Assembly (NCBI GenBank): GCA_964497185.1
Contig: CAZCBX010000002.1
Coordinates: 2,533-66,532 of the forward strand
Direction: 5' to 3'
DNA from: an uncultured Bdellovibrionales bacterium
GTDB lineage: Bacteria; Bdellovibrionota_G; JALEGL01; JAGRMV01
Length of the DNA stretch: 64,000 bases
A program made the position numbers and the translations under genes. This document shows, piece by piece, positions 48,850-59,383 of the stretch (position 1 is the stretch's first letter; each line of letters opens with the position of its first letter). The notes beneath the pieces were generated by a model. That model saw only the letters and a list, made by a program, of their open reading frames with translations, did not search any database and was not told the DNA's origin.

Positions 48850-50600
48850 TGACGCGCGTTCTTTTTCGTTCTCGGCTTTTTCGCAACTTGTTTGCCATGA
48901 TTGCGGTGCTTTTATTTTTGTCCAGCATGATGGTGGCAGGACTTTACTTTTTTACCTATCGACAGCAAATGTATGCTCAGGTCGAGCAGGACCTTAAACG
49001 TCAAATTCAAATATGGCATGTGATGCATGCGGGCGGACTCGCCGCGCGTGCAAAAACAAACCAGAGCCAACAAGCCATGGTGTTTGATCGCATGACCATC
49101 ATTGATAACCAAGGCAAAGTCTTGCTGGATACCAAAAAAGATCCAAATCAAATGGACAACCACGCGCTGCGGCCTGAAGTTTTGCAGGCAGGTCAAAAAA
49201 CCTGGGCCACTGCCAAACGATACAGCGATACAATGCAGGCACCCTCGCTCTATGTGGCACAGCAGATCCAAGAAAACGGTCAAACCTACACCATCCGAGC
49301 GGCGCGATCGATCAAAGCCATCAATGAAAAAGTGTATGCCCTGCTGGGCAGATTGGTGTTGGTGCAAATCGGGGTGCTCATTTTATCCATGATGTTTTTG
49401 TATTTCGTATTGCGTAGACCCCTGCATGACGTGGCCCACATTCAACACGTGGTGCAACGTTATCAACAGGGCGACTTGACTCCGAGGACCAACATTAAAT
49501 CTACGGGTGAAATCAAAGAACTGGCTTCCGGCATTGACTACATGGCAGATGCGGTACAACAGCGCATGGAGCATTTATCCAATTCGCAGCAGAAACTGCA
49601 TCAAATATTGGATTCGTTGCAAGATGGTCTGGTGATCATGAAAAACAATGCTGAAATTGAATGGTTTAATCGGGCTTTCCAAAACATCATGCAATTACCC
49701 AACTTGGCCAACCACCAAGTGCTGACCGAACAAGTGCGACATGCAGAGATTGTATCATTGATCAACGAGGTGGCCCATCATGGCAAGCCAGCCAAAACGG
49801 TATGCATGGTGGAGGAAGAAAAAACGCAATACTTGCTTTTTCACGCCTTTCCCATTGATTTGCAAACCACCCGCATGCTTGCTTTAAGCGTAACCGATAC
49901 CACCACAGCACACGCAACCAATCGAGCCAAGCATGAATTTATCGCCAATGCATCCCATCAATTAAAAACGCCTCTGGCTGCCATTCAAGGCTTTGCAGAA
50001 ACCATGATGGATTTGCCGCACCTCACCGAGTCAAAGCGGGCCAGCTATCTGCAAAAAATCATAGAGCGCAGCAAAGCTGCAACGGCCATGATTATTCGCT
50101 TGTTAACATTAACCAAAATCGAAGGCGGCGCTTCAGAATTGGACATCCGACCCGTTGATCTTCACACCTTTATCAACGAGGTGGTGGCCAGTCAGGAAGG
50201 GTTGGCTACGTCGTCACAAGTGCAGATCAACACAATGGTTAAGGGCGATGTGCTCGCGGTAGAGACCGATGATCGAATTTTGGACATTGCGGTGAGCAGT
50301 TTATTGGAAAATGCCATTGTTTATAGCCCTAGGGGAGGCGTCATTGAGCTCAAGGTTAAGCGTGAACATGATAAAATCTGCATCCAAATTGCGGATCAAG
50401 GCATTGGCTTTGATGCAGAACAAAAAAAACGTATTTTTGAACGTTTTTATCGCACACCTGAGGCGCAGAATGCACATCAGCAGGGTACTGGCATTGGACT
50501 TGCCCTGGTCCAGCAAGCAGTAGAGCGATTGGAAGGACAATTAAGCATTGAGAGTGAGAAAGGACAGGGCTCTGTTTTTGAAATACGATTTCCAGCATAA
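48849..50600 (+). CDS. phoR: Sensor histidine kinase (PhoR-like), with an unusually large periplasmic loop.
   Basis: 2 TM, HAMP, PAS, HisKA H-box ANASHQLKTPLAAIQGF, HATPase_c with N, G1 and G2 boxes. Confidence 0.7.
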   Translation: MTRVLFRSRLFRNLFAMIAVLLFLSSMMVAGLYFFTYRQQMYAQVEQDLKRQIQIWHVMHAGGLAARAKTNQSQQAMVFDRMTIIDNQGKVLLDTKKDPNQMDNHALRPEVLQAGQKTWATAKRYSDTMQAPSLYVAQQIQENGQTYTIRAARSIKAINEKVYALLGRLVLVQIGVLILSMMFLYFVLRRPLHDVAHIQHVVQRYQQGDLTPRTNIKSTGEIKELASGIDYMADAVQQRMEHLSNSQQKLHQILDSLQDGLVIMKNNAEIEWFNRAFQNIMQLPNLANHQVLTEQVRHAEIVSLINEVAHHGKPAKTVCMVEEEKTQYLLFHAFPIDLQTTRMLALSVTDTTTAHATNRAKHEFIANASHQLKTPLAAIQGFAETMMDLPHLTESKRASYLQKIIERSKAATAMIIRLLTLTKIEGGASELDIRPVDLHTFINEVVASQEGLATSSQVQINTMVKGDVLAVETDDRILDIAVSSLLENAIVYSPRGGVIELKVKREHDKICIQIADQGIGFDAEQKKRIFERFYRTPEAQNAHQQGTGIGLALVQQAVERLEGQLSIESEKGQGSVFEIRFPA

Positions 50601-50666
50601 TCATCGATTGATGAGACGACAAAATGTTTTACAAACCCGTCTTCAAAAGGTAGCTAGAGACTTCTC

Positions 50667-51551
50667 ATGAGATTTATTCGGCTCAAAGAGATACCCGTCC
50701 ATGCGTTTTTGTTTTTGTCGGCTTTTGTATCTATACTGACCACGCTTGGCATCGTCTTGGTGTTGCTCAAAGAAAGTCTCGCCTTTTTTGAAACGGTGCC
50801 GCTCACCGAATATTTGTTTGGAACCCAGTGGACGCCTTTGTTCAAACCTCAGCATTTCGGGTTTCTCCCGCTTTTGTGTGGCACATTGCTCATTGCAGTG
50901 GGGTCTGCCTTTGTGTCGATTCCTTTGGGGGTGCTTACCGCCACGTTTATGAGTGAATATGCCAGTGATCGCGTGCGCGGATGGATTAAACCACTGCTAG
51001 AAATTTTATCCGGTGTACCCACGGTCGTGTATGGCTACTTTGCGCTTACATTCATTACGCCCCTTTTGCGCACGGTTTTCCCTGAAACTGAAATCTTCAA
51101 CGCCGCCAGTGCAGCCATTGTGGTGGGCATCATGATCTTGCCCATGGTGGCTTCCATTAGCGATGATGCGATGCGATCTGTGCCCAATGCCCTTCGTTAT
51201 GCCGCTTATGCCTTGGGAGCAACCAAGTCGGAAGTTTCTACCAAGGTGGTATTCCCAGCCGCGCTATCCGGCGTGATTGCTTCCTTTGTGCTGGCGATTT
51301 CTCGGGCCATCGGCGAGACCATGGCGGTAACTTTGGCCGCAGGGGCAACACCCAACCTTACGCTCAATCCCTTGGAGAGCATTCAAACCATGACGTCTTA
51401 CATTGTGCAAATCAGTTTGGGGGACACCCCGCAAGGCACCATTGAATACCAAACGCTGTTTGTGATTGGGCTAACGTTGTTTGTGATCACCCTGGGTATG
51501 AACTTATGTTCAGACTATATTTTACGAAAGTATCGGCAAAAATATGATTAA
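50667..51551 (+). CDS. pstC: Phosphate ABC transporter permease PstC.
   Basis: 6 TM; EAA-like motif region ALGATKSEV. Confidence 0.85.
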   Translation: MRFIRLKEIPVHAFLFLSAFVSILTTLGIVLVLLKESLAFFETVPLTEYLFGTQWTPLFKPQHFGFLPLLCGTLLIAVGSAFVSIPLGVLTATFMSEYASDRVRGWIKPLLEILSGVPTVVYGYFALTFITPLLRTVFPETEIFNAASAAIVVGIMILPMVASISDDAMRSVPNALRYAAYALGATKSEVSTKVVFPAALSGVIASFVLAISRAIGETMAVTLAAGATPNLTLNPLESIQTMTSYIVQISLGDTPQGTIEYQTLFVIGLTLFVITLGMNLCSDYILRKYRQKYD

Positions 51552-52428
51552 AGGATTGGATCAGCAATACATCACGCGGTTAAAAAAGCGCAAACGAAGA
51601 GCAAAAATCTTTCACGGTTTGTGTTTTATGGCTTCCATGGTGGGCTTAATATTTTTGGGCGCTTTGTTTGTCTCCATCATTGGGGACGGATGGGCCTATT
51701 TGTCCTGGGACTTTTTAACCAACTTTCCTTCGCGGTTTGCCCATAAGGCGGGTATTCAGTCTGCACTGATGGGGTCCCTTTGGATGATTGGCTTAACGTG
51801 TTTGTTTGCCATTCCTTTGGGCATTGGAGCCAGTGTATTTTTGGAAGAGTTTGCGCCCAAAAACAAATGGATCAAAACGATTGAAATCAACATCTCCAAT
51901 TTGGCTGGCGTGCCTTCCATCGTCTATGGGCTGCTGGGACTGGCCATTTTTGTTCGCTGGTTTCAATTGGATCGCTCATTGCTGGCGGGGGCATTGACCA
52001 TGAGTTTGCTGATTTTACCCGTTATTATTATCGCTTCGCGTGAGGCCATTCGCACCGTACCCAATTCATTGCGTTACGCGGCTTTGGCTTTGGGTGCAAC
52101 CAAATGGCAAGTGGTCCAGGGCCATGTACTACCTGCGGCCATGCCTGGCATCATGACCGGTATTATTTTATCGGTCTCTCGTGCCATTGGTGAAACCGCG
52201 CCATTATTAATGGTGGGCGCATTGGGATATGTTGCCTACAACCCTCAAGGGCCCATGGATTCTTTTACCGTACTACCCATTCAAATTTTTAACTGGGCTT
52301 CACGTCCGCAACCCGAGTTTCATGCGCTGGCCGCATCCGGCATCATCGTGCTTTTGGTGGTGTTGCTCACCATGAACTCCATTGCTATTTTTCTTAGACA
52401 TCGATTTCAAAAAGGAAAAGTCAAATGA
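51544..52428 (+). CDS. pstA: Phosphate ABC transporter permease PstA.
   Basis: [10 protein letters not shown] motif; 294 aa. Confidence 0.85.
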   Translation: MIKGLDQQYITRLKKRKRRAKIFHGLCFMASMVGLIFLGALFVSIIGDGWAYLSWDFLTNFPSRFAHKAGIQSALMGSLWMIGLTCLFAIPLGIGASVFLEEFAPKNKWIKTIEINISNLAGVPSIVYGLLGLAIFVRWFQLDRSLLAGALTMSLLILPVIIIASREAIRTVPNSLRYAALALGATKWQVVQGHVLPAAMPGIMTGIILSVSRAIGETAPLLMVGALGYVAYNPQGPMDSFTVLPIQIFNWASRPQPEFHALAASGIIVLLVVLLTMNSIAIFLRHRFQKGKVK

Positions 52429-53192
52429 CCGAAAAAGCACAACCCAAACCCATCATGCACTCCAAAGATTTGTCGGTGTTTTACGGCGATTTTCAAGCGG
52501 TGAAACAAGCCAGCATTCCCATTTATGAAAAAACAGTTACTTCCATCATTGGCCCCAGCGGATGTGGAAAAAGCAGCTATTTGCGCTGTTTGAACCGCAT
52601 GAACGACTTTATCCCCGGCATTCGCATTGATGGACAAACCACCTATCAAGGCAAAAACATTTACGATGCCGACATTGATCCCGTTACACTTCGCAGAAGC
52701 ATTGGCATGGTTTTTCAAAAACCCAACCCCTTCCCAAAAACCATTTATCAAAATGTGGCCTGGGGTCCCAAAATCAATGGCATTCGAGACAACATGGACG
52801 AAAGAGTGAACAAAGCGCTCAAGCGTGCCGCCATCTGGGATGAAGTGAAAGATAAACTGGATCAAAGCGGACTTTCATTGTCGGGTGGTCAGCAGCAACG
52901 CTTGTGCATTGCGCGCGCCATTGCGATGGAGCCTGAAATTATTTTAATGGATGAACCATGCAGTGCGCTGGATCCCATTTCCACCAGCAAAATCGAAGAT
53001 TTAATTTTTGAGTTAAAAAAGAAATACACCATTGTGATTGTTACGCATAATATGCAACAAGCCGCGCGGGTTTCAGATTACACGGTGTTTATGTACCAGG
53101 GTGAAGTGATTGAGTACGGACCTACAGATCGTATATTTACCCGCCCTCAAAAACAGCAAACTGAGGATTATGTCACGGGCAAGTTTGGCTAA
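52425..53192 (+). CDS. pstB: Phosphate ABC transporter ATP-binding protein PstB.
   Basis: GPSGCGKSS Walker [15 protein letters not shown] signature, [11 protein letters not shown]. Confidence 0.9.
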   Translation: MTEKAQPKPIMHSKDLSVFYGDFQAVKQASIPIYEKTVTSIIGPSGCGKSSYLRCLNRMNDFIPGIRIDGQTTYQGKNIYDADIDPVTLRRSIGMVFQKPNPFPKTIYQNVAWGPKINGIRDNMDERVNKALKRAAIWDEVKDKLDQSGLSLSGGQQQRLCIARAIAMEPEIILMDEPCSALDPISTSKIEDLIFELKKKYTIVIVTHNMQQAARVSDYTVFMYQGEVIEYGPTDRIFTRPQKQQTEDYVTGKFG

Positions 53193-53355
53193 AGGAGTAC
53201 GGGCTTCGAACGGAGGAAACCGCATAAATGGCACAGCTTTCCGCTTGCGCCTCAATCTGTGCTCATTTCTGCGATTTCGGTTATATGGAAATTTATAGGG
53301 ACTTAAGGATATCGACATTTTGACGTAAGGTAAAAAATAAGAGAGGAAAAAACGT

Positions 53356-54018
53356 ATGTCCAAACATTTAGAGAATGATTTAGAAAAATTAAAAAAAGAT
53401 ATTTTGCAAATTGGTACCATGGTGGAGGAAACCGTTGAAAAAGCCATGCGGGCTTTTCGTAAGGGAGATGTCGAAACTTCTAAAAAAATCATTGAAACCG
53501 ATGAGATCATCAATGCCAAAGAAGTGGAAGTAGAAGAAGAGTGTTTAAAACTTTTGGCCCTCTATCAACCAGTGGCGCAAGATTTGCGTTTTATCACCAC
53601 CGTCATCAAGATCAACAACGACCTAGAGCGCATGGGCGACATATCGGTGAAAATTGCCAAGCGCACCATTTCCTTATCCAAGGAACTGCCCATTGATATT
53701 CCGGAACAGCTAACCCAAATGACAAGAATCACCAAATCAATGGTGAAAGATTCACTCAACGCGTTTTTTAACAAAGACGCATCGCACTCGCGTGAAATAT
53801 GTCAGCGCGACGATCAAGTGGACAAACTGCACAAAGAAACCATCCGCTTGCTTCGAGAAAAAATGCAAGAAGACGGCAAAAACATTGATCAGTACCTCGA
53901 TATGGTCACCGCGACCAAGGGCATTGAACGGATCGCAGATTTGGCCACCAACATCGCACAGGATGTAGTGTACATGGTTGAAGGTGAAATCATTCGCCAT
54001 CAAAACAACTGGGTATAG
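53356..54018 (+). CDS. phoU: Phosphate signalling regulator PhoU.
   Basis: Two PhoU repeats (E..DxxxD patterns); 220 aa. Confidence 0.85.
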   Translation: MSKHLENDLEKLKKDILQIGTMVEETVEKAMRAFRKGDVETSKKIIETDEIINAKEVEVEEECLKLLALYQPVAQDLRFITTVIKINNDLERMGDISVKIAKRTISLSKELPIDIPEQLTQMTRITKSMVKDSLNAFFNKDASHSREICQRDDQVDKLHKETIRLLREKMQEDGKNIDQYLDMVTATKGIERIADLATNIAQDVVYMVEGEIIRHQNNWV

Positions 54019-54047
54019 TGATTAAAAACTTTCGTTTCAAAGCCGCT

Positions 54048-54080
54048 CCCGAGCAGAGCTTTTTGGGCTTAAAGCTCCGG
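54048..54080 (+). terminator. Hairpin gagcttt-ttgggctt-aaagctc after phoU; a partial family-2 arm.
   Basis: 7-bp stem; shares gctttttgggctt with family-2 stems. Confidence 0.4.
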
Positions 54081-54187
54081 CGTAAAATCGAAATTTGTTT
54101 CGGGGTAAAGTAAATATATAGAAATAAACGCCAACGGCGTTTATCTTTATTACCTCTATCCAACCCACAATGAAGCAGAAATATCAG

Positions 54188-54254
54188 CCCGAGGGGGTCC
54201 GTATGGGCGTCTCCGGTAGCTGCGCGAGGACTAGCCCATACGGACCCCCTCGGG
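54188..54254. repeat. Family-2 repeat: 20-bp stems cccgagggggtccgtatggg / cccatacggaccccctcggg around core GCGTCTCCGGTAGCTGCGCGAGGACTAG.
   Basis: Perfect 20-bp inverted repeat; conserved core. Confidence 0.8.
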
Positions 54255-54264
54255 CCTTACGTTT

Positions 54265-55581
54265 CTACATCTTTTTGCAAAAAACCACCATGCTCTCTAA
54301 GTGGTAGGTGTTGGGAAACATTTCAAAAGGCGCAATGCTTTGAATGCGATAGCCATACGCCGAAAGTCGTTTTGCATCTCGGGCCAGGGTGGTTGGGTCA
54401 CAAGATACATATACGAGGGTCTGAATGCCCATTTTGGGAAGCCAGGGAAGCACTTTTTCGTGTAGTCCAGAGCGTGGGGGGTCCACGATGGCATGGCGAA
54501 ATTGTGCATCTTCTTCGTCATACAGTCTTTCTAGTTCCAGTTCCACTTTGCCTGCACTGAAATTGGTTTTGTCTTCCGTGCCATTGCGTAAGCTGCTTTG
54601 CTCTGCGCAGTGAATGGCTTCCTTTTGCACCTCAATGCCCGTTACGTGCAATCCTTGTTTGGCCAAAGCCACGCTAAATAGTCCCGAGCCGCAGTATAGA
54701 TCCAATATTGGATCCGTCGCATCACTCAAAACCGCGCATACCTTTTCAACCAGTTTGGAAGTGATTTTCACATTGGTTTGAAAGAATAAATCGGGACGAA
54801 GAATGTAAAATACATCGCCTATTTTTTCTTCTAAATAGGTTGGGTTGTAAAACAAGGGCTTGCAGTCTTTGCCAAACGCGGCTTTGCTGCCACGCATGAC
54901 AGTTGTGGTGTAAAAGTTCCATTTTTTTTCATACGCATCAAACCGTCGCATCAGTTCGGTGCGAGCGAAGTCTGGCGTAACAGAAAAAATAATGGCGATG
55001 GCATCGTCGATCAAGCGGAGGGTCACAAAAGGCATGACATGGGCGTTGATGTTTTCAATGGCTGGTTTTATTACAGCCCAAGCTTCGTTTAACAATGGAT
55101 CGGCCAACAAGCACCGATCGATGTCCAAGGTTTCATAGGTGTCCCAGGCGGTATACCCTTGCTTGCCATTGGGCTCTCGGCGATACACCACACGATTTCG
55201 ATAATGGTATTTTTTTTCGCCCACCAGCACATCGCTGATCGGCCCGTGCTGATCGGTGTGTCCAATGCGTGAAAGGATGTCGGCCAGTTGTTTCTTTTTG
55301 ATGCCTGGAATGATGTCTGGTTGAATATGCTGGTAGTTGCAGCCGCCGCAGCGGTCAAAATAGGGGCAAGGGGCCTCGATGCGATGCTCAGAGGGCTTTT
55401 CAATCGACACCAGTTGACCAAACGCAAATTTCTTTTTGGCTTGCGTGATTTCAATGGTGGCTTGGTCGCCGGGCGCGGTTCGGGGGACAAAAACGGTGAA
55501 TCCGTCGGGCTTGGCAATGCCGTTTCCTTGGAAGGCTAGGTTTTCGATGGTGGTTTGGGTTTGGTGGCCTTTTTTAAACAT
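54265..55581 (-). CDS. rlmD: 23S rRNA (uracil-C5)-methyltransferase RlmD/RumA family (TRAM plus Fe-S plus MTase).
   Basis: N-terminal TRAM, 4-Cys cluster CPYFDRCGGCNYQH, SAM motif DLYCGSGLFS, catalytic C-terminus. Confidence 0.8.
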   Translation of the reverse strand: MFKKGHQTQTTIENLAFQGNGIAKPDGFTVFVPRTAPGDQATIEITQAKKKFAFGQLVSIEKPSEHRIEAPCPYFDRCGGCNYQHIQPDIIPGIKKKQLADILSRIGHTDQHGPISDVLVGEKKYHYRNRVVYRREPNGKQGYTAWDTYETLDIDRCLLADPLLNEAWAVIKPAIENINAHVMPFVTLRLIDDAIAIIFSVTPDFARTELMRRFDAYEKKWNFYTTTVMRGSKAAFGKDCKPLFYNPTYLEEKIGDVFYILRPDLFFQTNVKITSKLVEKVCAVLSDATDPILDLYCGSGLFSVALAKQGLHVTGIEVQKEAIHCAEQSSLRNGTEDKTNFSAGKVELELERLYDEEDAQFRHAIVDPPRSGLHEKVLPWLPKMGIQTLVYVSCDPTTLARDAKRLSAYGYRIQSIAPFEMFPNTYHLESMVVFCKKM

Positions 55582-55659
55582 GGGGTTATGTATCTGTTCT
55601 GGGAAGTAGGTTCAAGGACAATTGCGTTTTGTTCTTGGTTTAAATAGAGATCGGTGGGA

Positions 55660-55802
55660 CTTTGGGCTTGCCCCAAAAAAGCTCCACGAACTCCACCGCA
55701 CGCCCACCTGCCGAAGACAATGGGTGTCATCTGAGAGAATCCTCTTCGGCCATGATATCTCACCTGTCAAACACATTCCGCTTTTTTGGGGCAAGCCCAA
55801 AG
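55660..55802. repeat. 143-bp element with perfect 23-bp terminal inverted repeats (ctttgggcttgccccaaaaaagc / gcttttttggggcaagcccaaag) and an internal 8-bp hairpin; candidate MITE or structured small RNA.
   Basis: Seen directly in the divergent rlmD/fbaB intergenic region. Confidence 0.6.
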
Positions 55803-55943
55803 CTGCCCTGTAAACTCGGTCAATGGTGGTAGGAAAAATAAAGTCAAACGTCTACGGGCATTTGCATAGGGATGAAATTCGGCTTGCATATTTTGTGGGC
55901 AAGGGTAGAACTCTTTTTACATGGCTTGAAGGAGAAATGATTT

Positions 55944-56996
55944 ATGAATGTACAAGAAATTACGTCGATTTTAAAAGAGCATGAGAGTTTGCTTTCTCAT
56001 GAGTGCCAAACGATTGCCAAAGATCGGTTGCATTTGCCGGGTCCGGATTTTGTGGATCGGATTTTTGGTCCGTCCGATCGCAATATCAATGTGTTAAAGA
56101 ATTTAGAATGGCTTCACCAAACGGGACGTTTGGCGGGTACGGGGTATCTTTCAATTTTGCCCGTAGACCAAGGCATCGAGCATACGGCAGGGGCTTCCTT
56201 TGCGCCCAATCCAGATTATTTTGATCCTGAAAACATTGTCAAGCTGGCCCTTGAGGGTGGTTGCAATGCGGTGGCGTCTACGTTTGGAGTGTTGGGCCGT
56301 GTGGCGCGAAAATATGCCCATAAGATTCCTTTTATTGTAAAACTCAATCACAATGAGCTGCTGACGTATCCCAATAAATTTGATCAGGTGGCATTTACTT
56401 CACCCCAAGAGGCTTATGAGATGGGCGCTGCGGGCGTAGGGGCCACGATCTATTTTGGCTCGGAGCAGTCCAATCGACAGCTGGTGGAAATCGCGGATAT
56501 GTTTGCACAGGCTCACGCGCTTGGCATGTTTACGGTGCTTTGGTGTTATGCCCGCAACAGTGCGTTTAAAAAAGGTGGCAAAGATTATCACGTCGCCACT
56601 GATATTACATCCCAAGCCAATCACCTGGGTGTCACCATTGGTGCAGATATTATCAAACAAAAGCTACCCGAGAACAATGGCGGTTTTACCGATGTGGGTT
56701 TCGCCAAAACACATCCTTTGATGTACGACAAGCTTAGCTCGGATCATCCCATTGATCTTACGCGCTATCAAGTGGCCAATTGTTATATGGGTCGAGCGGG
56801 CTTGATCAATTCGGGTGGGGCATCGGGCGACAATGATTTGCAGGATGCGGTAAAAACGGCGGTTATCAACAAACGTGCAGGTGGCATGGGGTTGATTTCG
56901 GGCCGCAAAGCATTTCAAAAGCCGCTCAATGAAGGCATTGAGATTCTTCATGCCATTCAGGATGTGTACCTCTGTAAAGAAATTACGGTGGCTTAA
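55944..56996 (+). CDS. fbaB: Class I fructose-bisphosphate aldolase (FbaB/DhnA type).
   Basis: 350 aa; conserved DhnA-type TIM-barrel with the Schiff-base Lys region. Confidence 0.75.
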   Translation: MNVQEITSILKEHESLLSHECQTIAKDRLHLPGPDFVDRIFGPSDRNINVLKNLEWLHQTGRLAGTGYLSILPVDQGIEHTAGASFAPNPDYFDPENIVKLALEGGCNAVASTFGVLGRVARKYAHKIPFIVKLNHNELLTYPNKFDQVAFTSPQEAYEMGAAGVGATIYFGSEQSNRQLVEIADMFAQAHALGMFTVLWCYARNSAFKKGGKDYHVATDITSQANHLGVTIGADIIKQKLPENNGGFTDVGFAKTHPLMYDKLSSDHPIDLTRYQVANCYMGRAGLINSGGASGDNDLQDAVKTAVINKRAGGMGLISGRKAFQKPLNEGIEILHAIQDVYLCKEITVA

Positions 56997-58003
56997 TGGC
57001 CACCATGCCAACCGCTGGAACCTTTCCCCATACGCGTTTGCGGCGCACGCGACAGTCTGCCTGGGTGCGCAATTTGGTTCGACAAACCCGCTTAAGCGTT
57101 CATGACCTTATCTGGCCCTTGTTTGTTGTGGACGGTCAGAATCAACAAGTGGAAGTGCCCGCCATGCCCGGTGTATTTCGGTACAGCGTGGACCAAATCG
57201 TGGAGATGGCATTGCGCGCGCAAGATGTAGGTATTCCGGCAGTGGCCTTGTTTCCATATACACAGCCACAGCTGAAAAACGCGCAGGCAACCGAAGCCGT
57301 TAATCCAGATAACCTTGTTTGTCGGGCCGTGCGCGCGGTTAAAAAAGCCGCTCCCAACCTGGGCGTACTTTGTGATGTGGCACTGGATCCATACACCAAT
57401 CACGGCCATGATGGGTTGTTGAAAGATGGCAAAATTGTCAATGATGCCACATTGGCGGTGTTGACCAAGCAAGCATTGGTGCAAGTGGAAGCCGGTTGCG
57501 ATATTTTGGGACCTTCTGACATGATGGATGGACGTGTGGGCGCCATTCGAAAAGCATTGGAAGAACAAGGCATGACCGATGCGTTGATCATGTCGTATGC
57601 GGCCAAATATGCATCGGGCTTTTATGGTCCGTTTCGTGATGCCGTGGGTTCTCGCGCTGCACTGGAGGGTGATAAAAAAACCTATCAACAAGATCCGGCC
57701 AACAGCGATGAAGCGTTGCGCGAGGTCGCGCTGGATATCGAAGAAGGCGCGGACATGGTGATGGTCAAACCAGGTATGCCATATTTGGACATCATCGGGC
57801 GCATTAAGGAAAGTTTTGCTGTCCCGACCTTTGCCTATCAAGTCAGTGGCGAATACAGCATGATCAAAGCAGCCAGCGCCCAGGGTTGGTTGGACCAAGA
57901 CATCATCATGATGGAAAGTCTGTTGTGTTTAAAGCGTGCGGGTGCCAGCGGGATTCTGACATACTTTGCCTATGATGCCGCACAAAAGTTAGCCAAGCGA
58001 TAA
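56996..58003 (+). CDS. hemB: Porphobilinogen synthase (delta-aminolevulinic acid dehydratase).
   Basis: HTRLRR...DLIWPLFV N-terminus, ALDPYTNHGHDG active-site region, VMVKPG Lys. TAATG overlap with fbaB. Confidence 0.9.
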   Translation: MATMPTAGTFPHTRLRRTRQSAWVRNLVRQTRLSVHDLIWPLFVVDGQNQQVEVPAMPGVFRYSVDQIVEMALRAQDVGIPAVALFPYTQPQLKNAQATEAVNPDNLVCRAVRAVKKAAPNLGVLCDVALDPYTNHGHDGLLKDGKIVNDATLAVLTKQALVQVEAGCDILGPSDMMDGRVGAIRKALEEQGMTDALIMSYAAKYASGFYGPFRDAVGSRAALEGDKKTYQQDPANSDEALREVALDIEEGADMVMVKPGMPYLDIIGRIKESFAVPTFAYQVSGEYSMIKAASAQGWLDQDIIMMESLLCLKRAGASGILTYFAYDAAQKLAKR

Positions 58004-59383
58004 ACCCGCCACCGCTTGAGCACTTTGCTCCATCAGGTCGGGTATGCCCACTTTCGAATAGCCATTGCCCAAAAGTACAATGCCATCAAAAGGTTCAACG
58101 CCTTTAAAAATTTGCTCAACGCGCTGGGCATGGCCCAAAGTGTATTGAGGCATGCTGTTGGGCCAACGCTGTAGGTAGGTGTGCTGCGGCTGTCCAGTGA
58201 TGTCGAGCAGCGCTTGCAAATCGGCCCAAGCCCAATCGGTCAATTCTTGGTCGGATGCGGTCAACAGATCTTCCTGCATGGCGCCACCCAGAAAAGCACG
58301 AATTAACACTTTGCCCTGCGGCGCGCGGTGGGCAAATTTTTCACTGCAAAAAGTGCTGGCCAAAATGTGGCGTTGTTCCTTGGCGGGTACAATCATGCCC
58401 ATGGCATGAATGCGATCGTCCACTTGGTTTTGATTAAAAATAAAATGTGCAATGGCGCTGGATGCAAAAGAAATGTCACGAAGCTCATTTTTGATAGGGG
58501 CCGGTAAGAAATTGGCCAAATGCGCCACATTTCGGGGTGGGGTGGCAAATATCACGTGATCAAACAATTCCAACTGGCCTTGTACACGCACTTGCCATTG
58601 GCCTTGCGCGGTGGCATCCACCGATTGCACCAGCGTGTTTGTACGAATCCATGCAGGGGGAAGTTGATTGGCCAAGGCATCGATGAGGGTTTGCATGCCG
58701 TTGTTAAAAGAGCGAAAGCTCCCATATCGAGGTCCACTGGCATGCGCGCCCATGCCCTCCTTTTTCATGCCTTTTAAAATGCTTCCGTACTTTTTTTCAA
58801 GAGCCACAAATTGAGGCAGTGTGCTTTGCATGCTTAAGCGATGCGGATCGGCAGTATAAATGCCCCCAATCATGGACTGGGTAATTTCTTCCAAGTTGCC
58901 TCTGCCAAAACGACGCGTGATAAACGAGGCCAGCGATTCATCGGAGGTCTCAGTTCGACGGGGCATCCATGGTTCCATCAACGTTCGGAGTTTGGTGGAC
59001 CAGCTTAAAGCGGGGCTTTTTAAAAAGGCCAGGCGTTGGGTGGGGCCCATCAAGTAAAACCCTTTGGGCGTGGTCAACATTTTACCAGCACGAACGATGT
59101 AGCTTTTTCGATTGTGGGCATTGGGTTCCATGAGCTCAGGGGTCAGTCCCAATGCGTCAATGACCTTTGCGATATGGGGTTTGTACAAAAAAGCGTCGGG
59201 CCCTTTTTCGATCAGGCAGTCCTGGTCCCGAAAGGTTTGAATGATGCCGCCCAGATGATTTTTCTGTTCAAAAAGGCTGCATGAAACATCTGGACGTTTT
59301 TGAAACAGCGCATGCGCGGCAGACAACCCGGCGATACCCCCGCCAATAATGGCAATGTTAGGCTTGGGTTTGCTCGTGGACAT
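57989..59383 (-). CDS. hemY: Protoporphyrinogen oxidase (FAD, HemY type).
   Basis: IAIIGGGIAGLSAAHAL dinucleotide motif; 464 aa. Tail-to-tail with hemB; overlaps hemE by 26 nt. Confidence 0.8.
   Translation of the reverse strand: MSTSKPKPNIAIIGGGIAGLSAAHALFQKRPDVSCSLFEQKNHLGGIIQTFRDQDCLIEKGPDAFLYKPHIAKVIDALGLTPELMEPNAHNRKSYIVRAGKMLTTPKGFYLMGPTQRLAFLKSPALSWSTKLRTLMEPWMPRRTETSDESLASFITRRFGRGNLEEITQSMIGGIYTADPHRLSMQSTLPQFVALEKKYGSILKGMKKEGMGAHASGPRYGSFRSFNNGMQTLIDALANQLPPAWIRTNTLVQSVDATAQGQWQVRVQGQLELFDHVIFATPPRNVAHLANFLPAPIKNELRDISFASSAIAHFIFNQNQVDDRIHAMGMIVPAKEQRHILASTFCSEKFAHRAPQGKVLIRAFLGGAMQEDLLTASDQELTDWAWADLQALLDITGQPQHTYLQRWPNSMPQYTLGHAQRVEQIFKGVEPFDGIVLLGNGYSKVGIPDLMEQSAQAVAGLSLG

Noticed and set aside
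57092-57898. 268-aa minus-strand ORF antisense to hemB.
   Set aside because: hemB on the plus strand has unmistakable conserved motifs; the antisense ORF has none.
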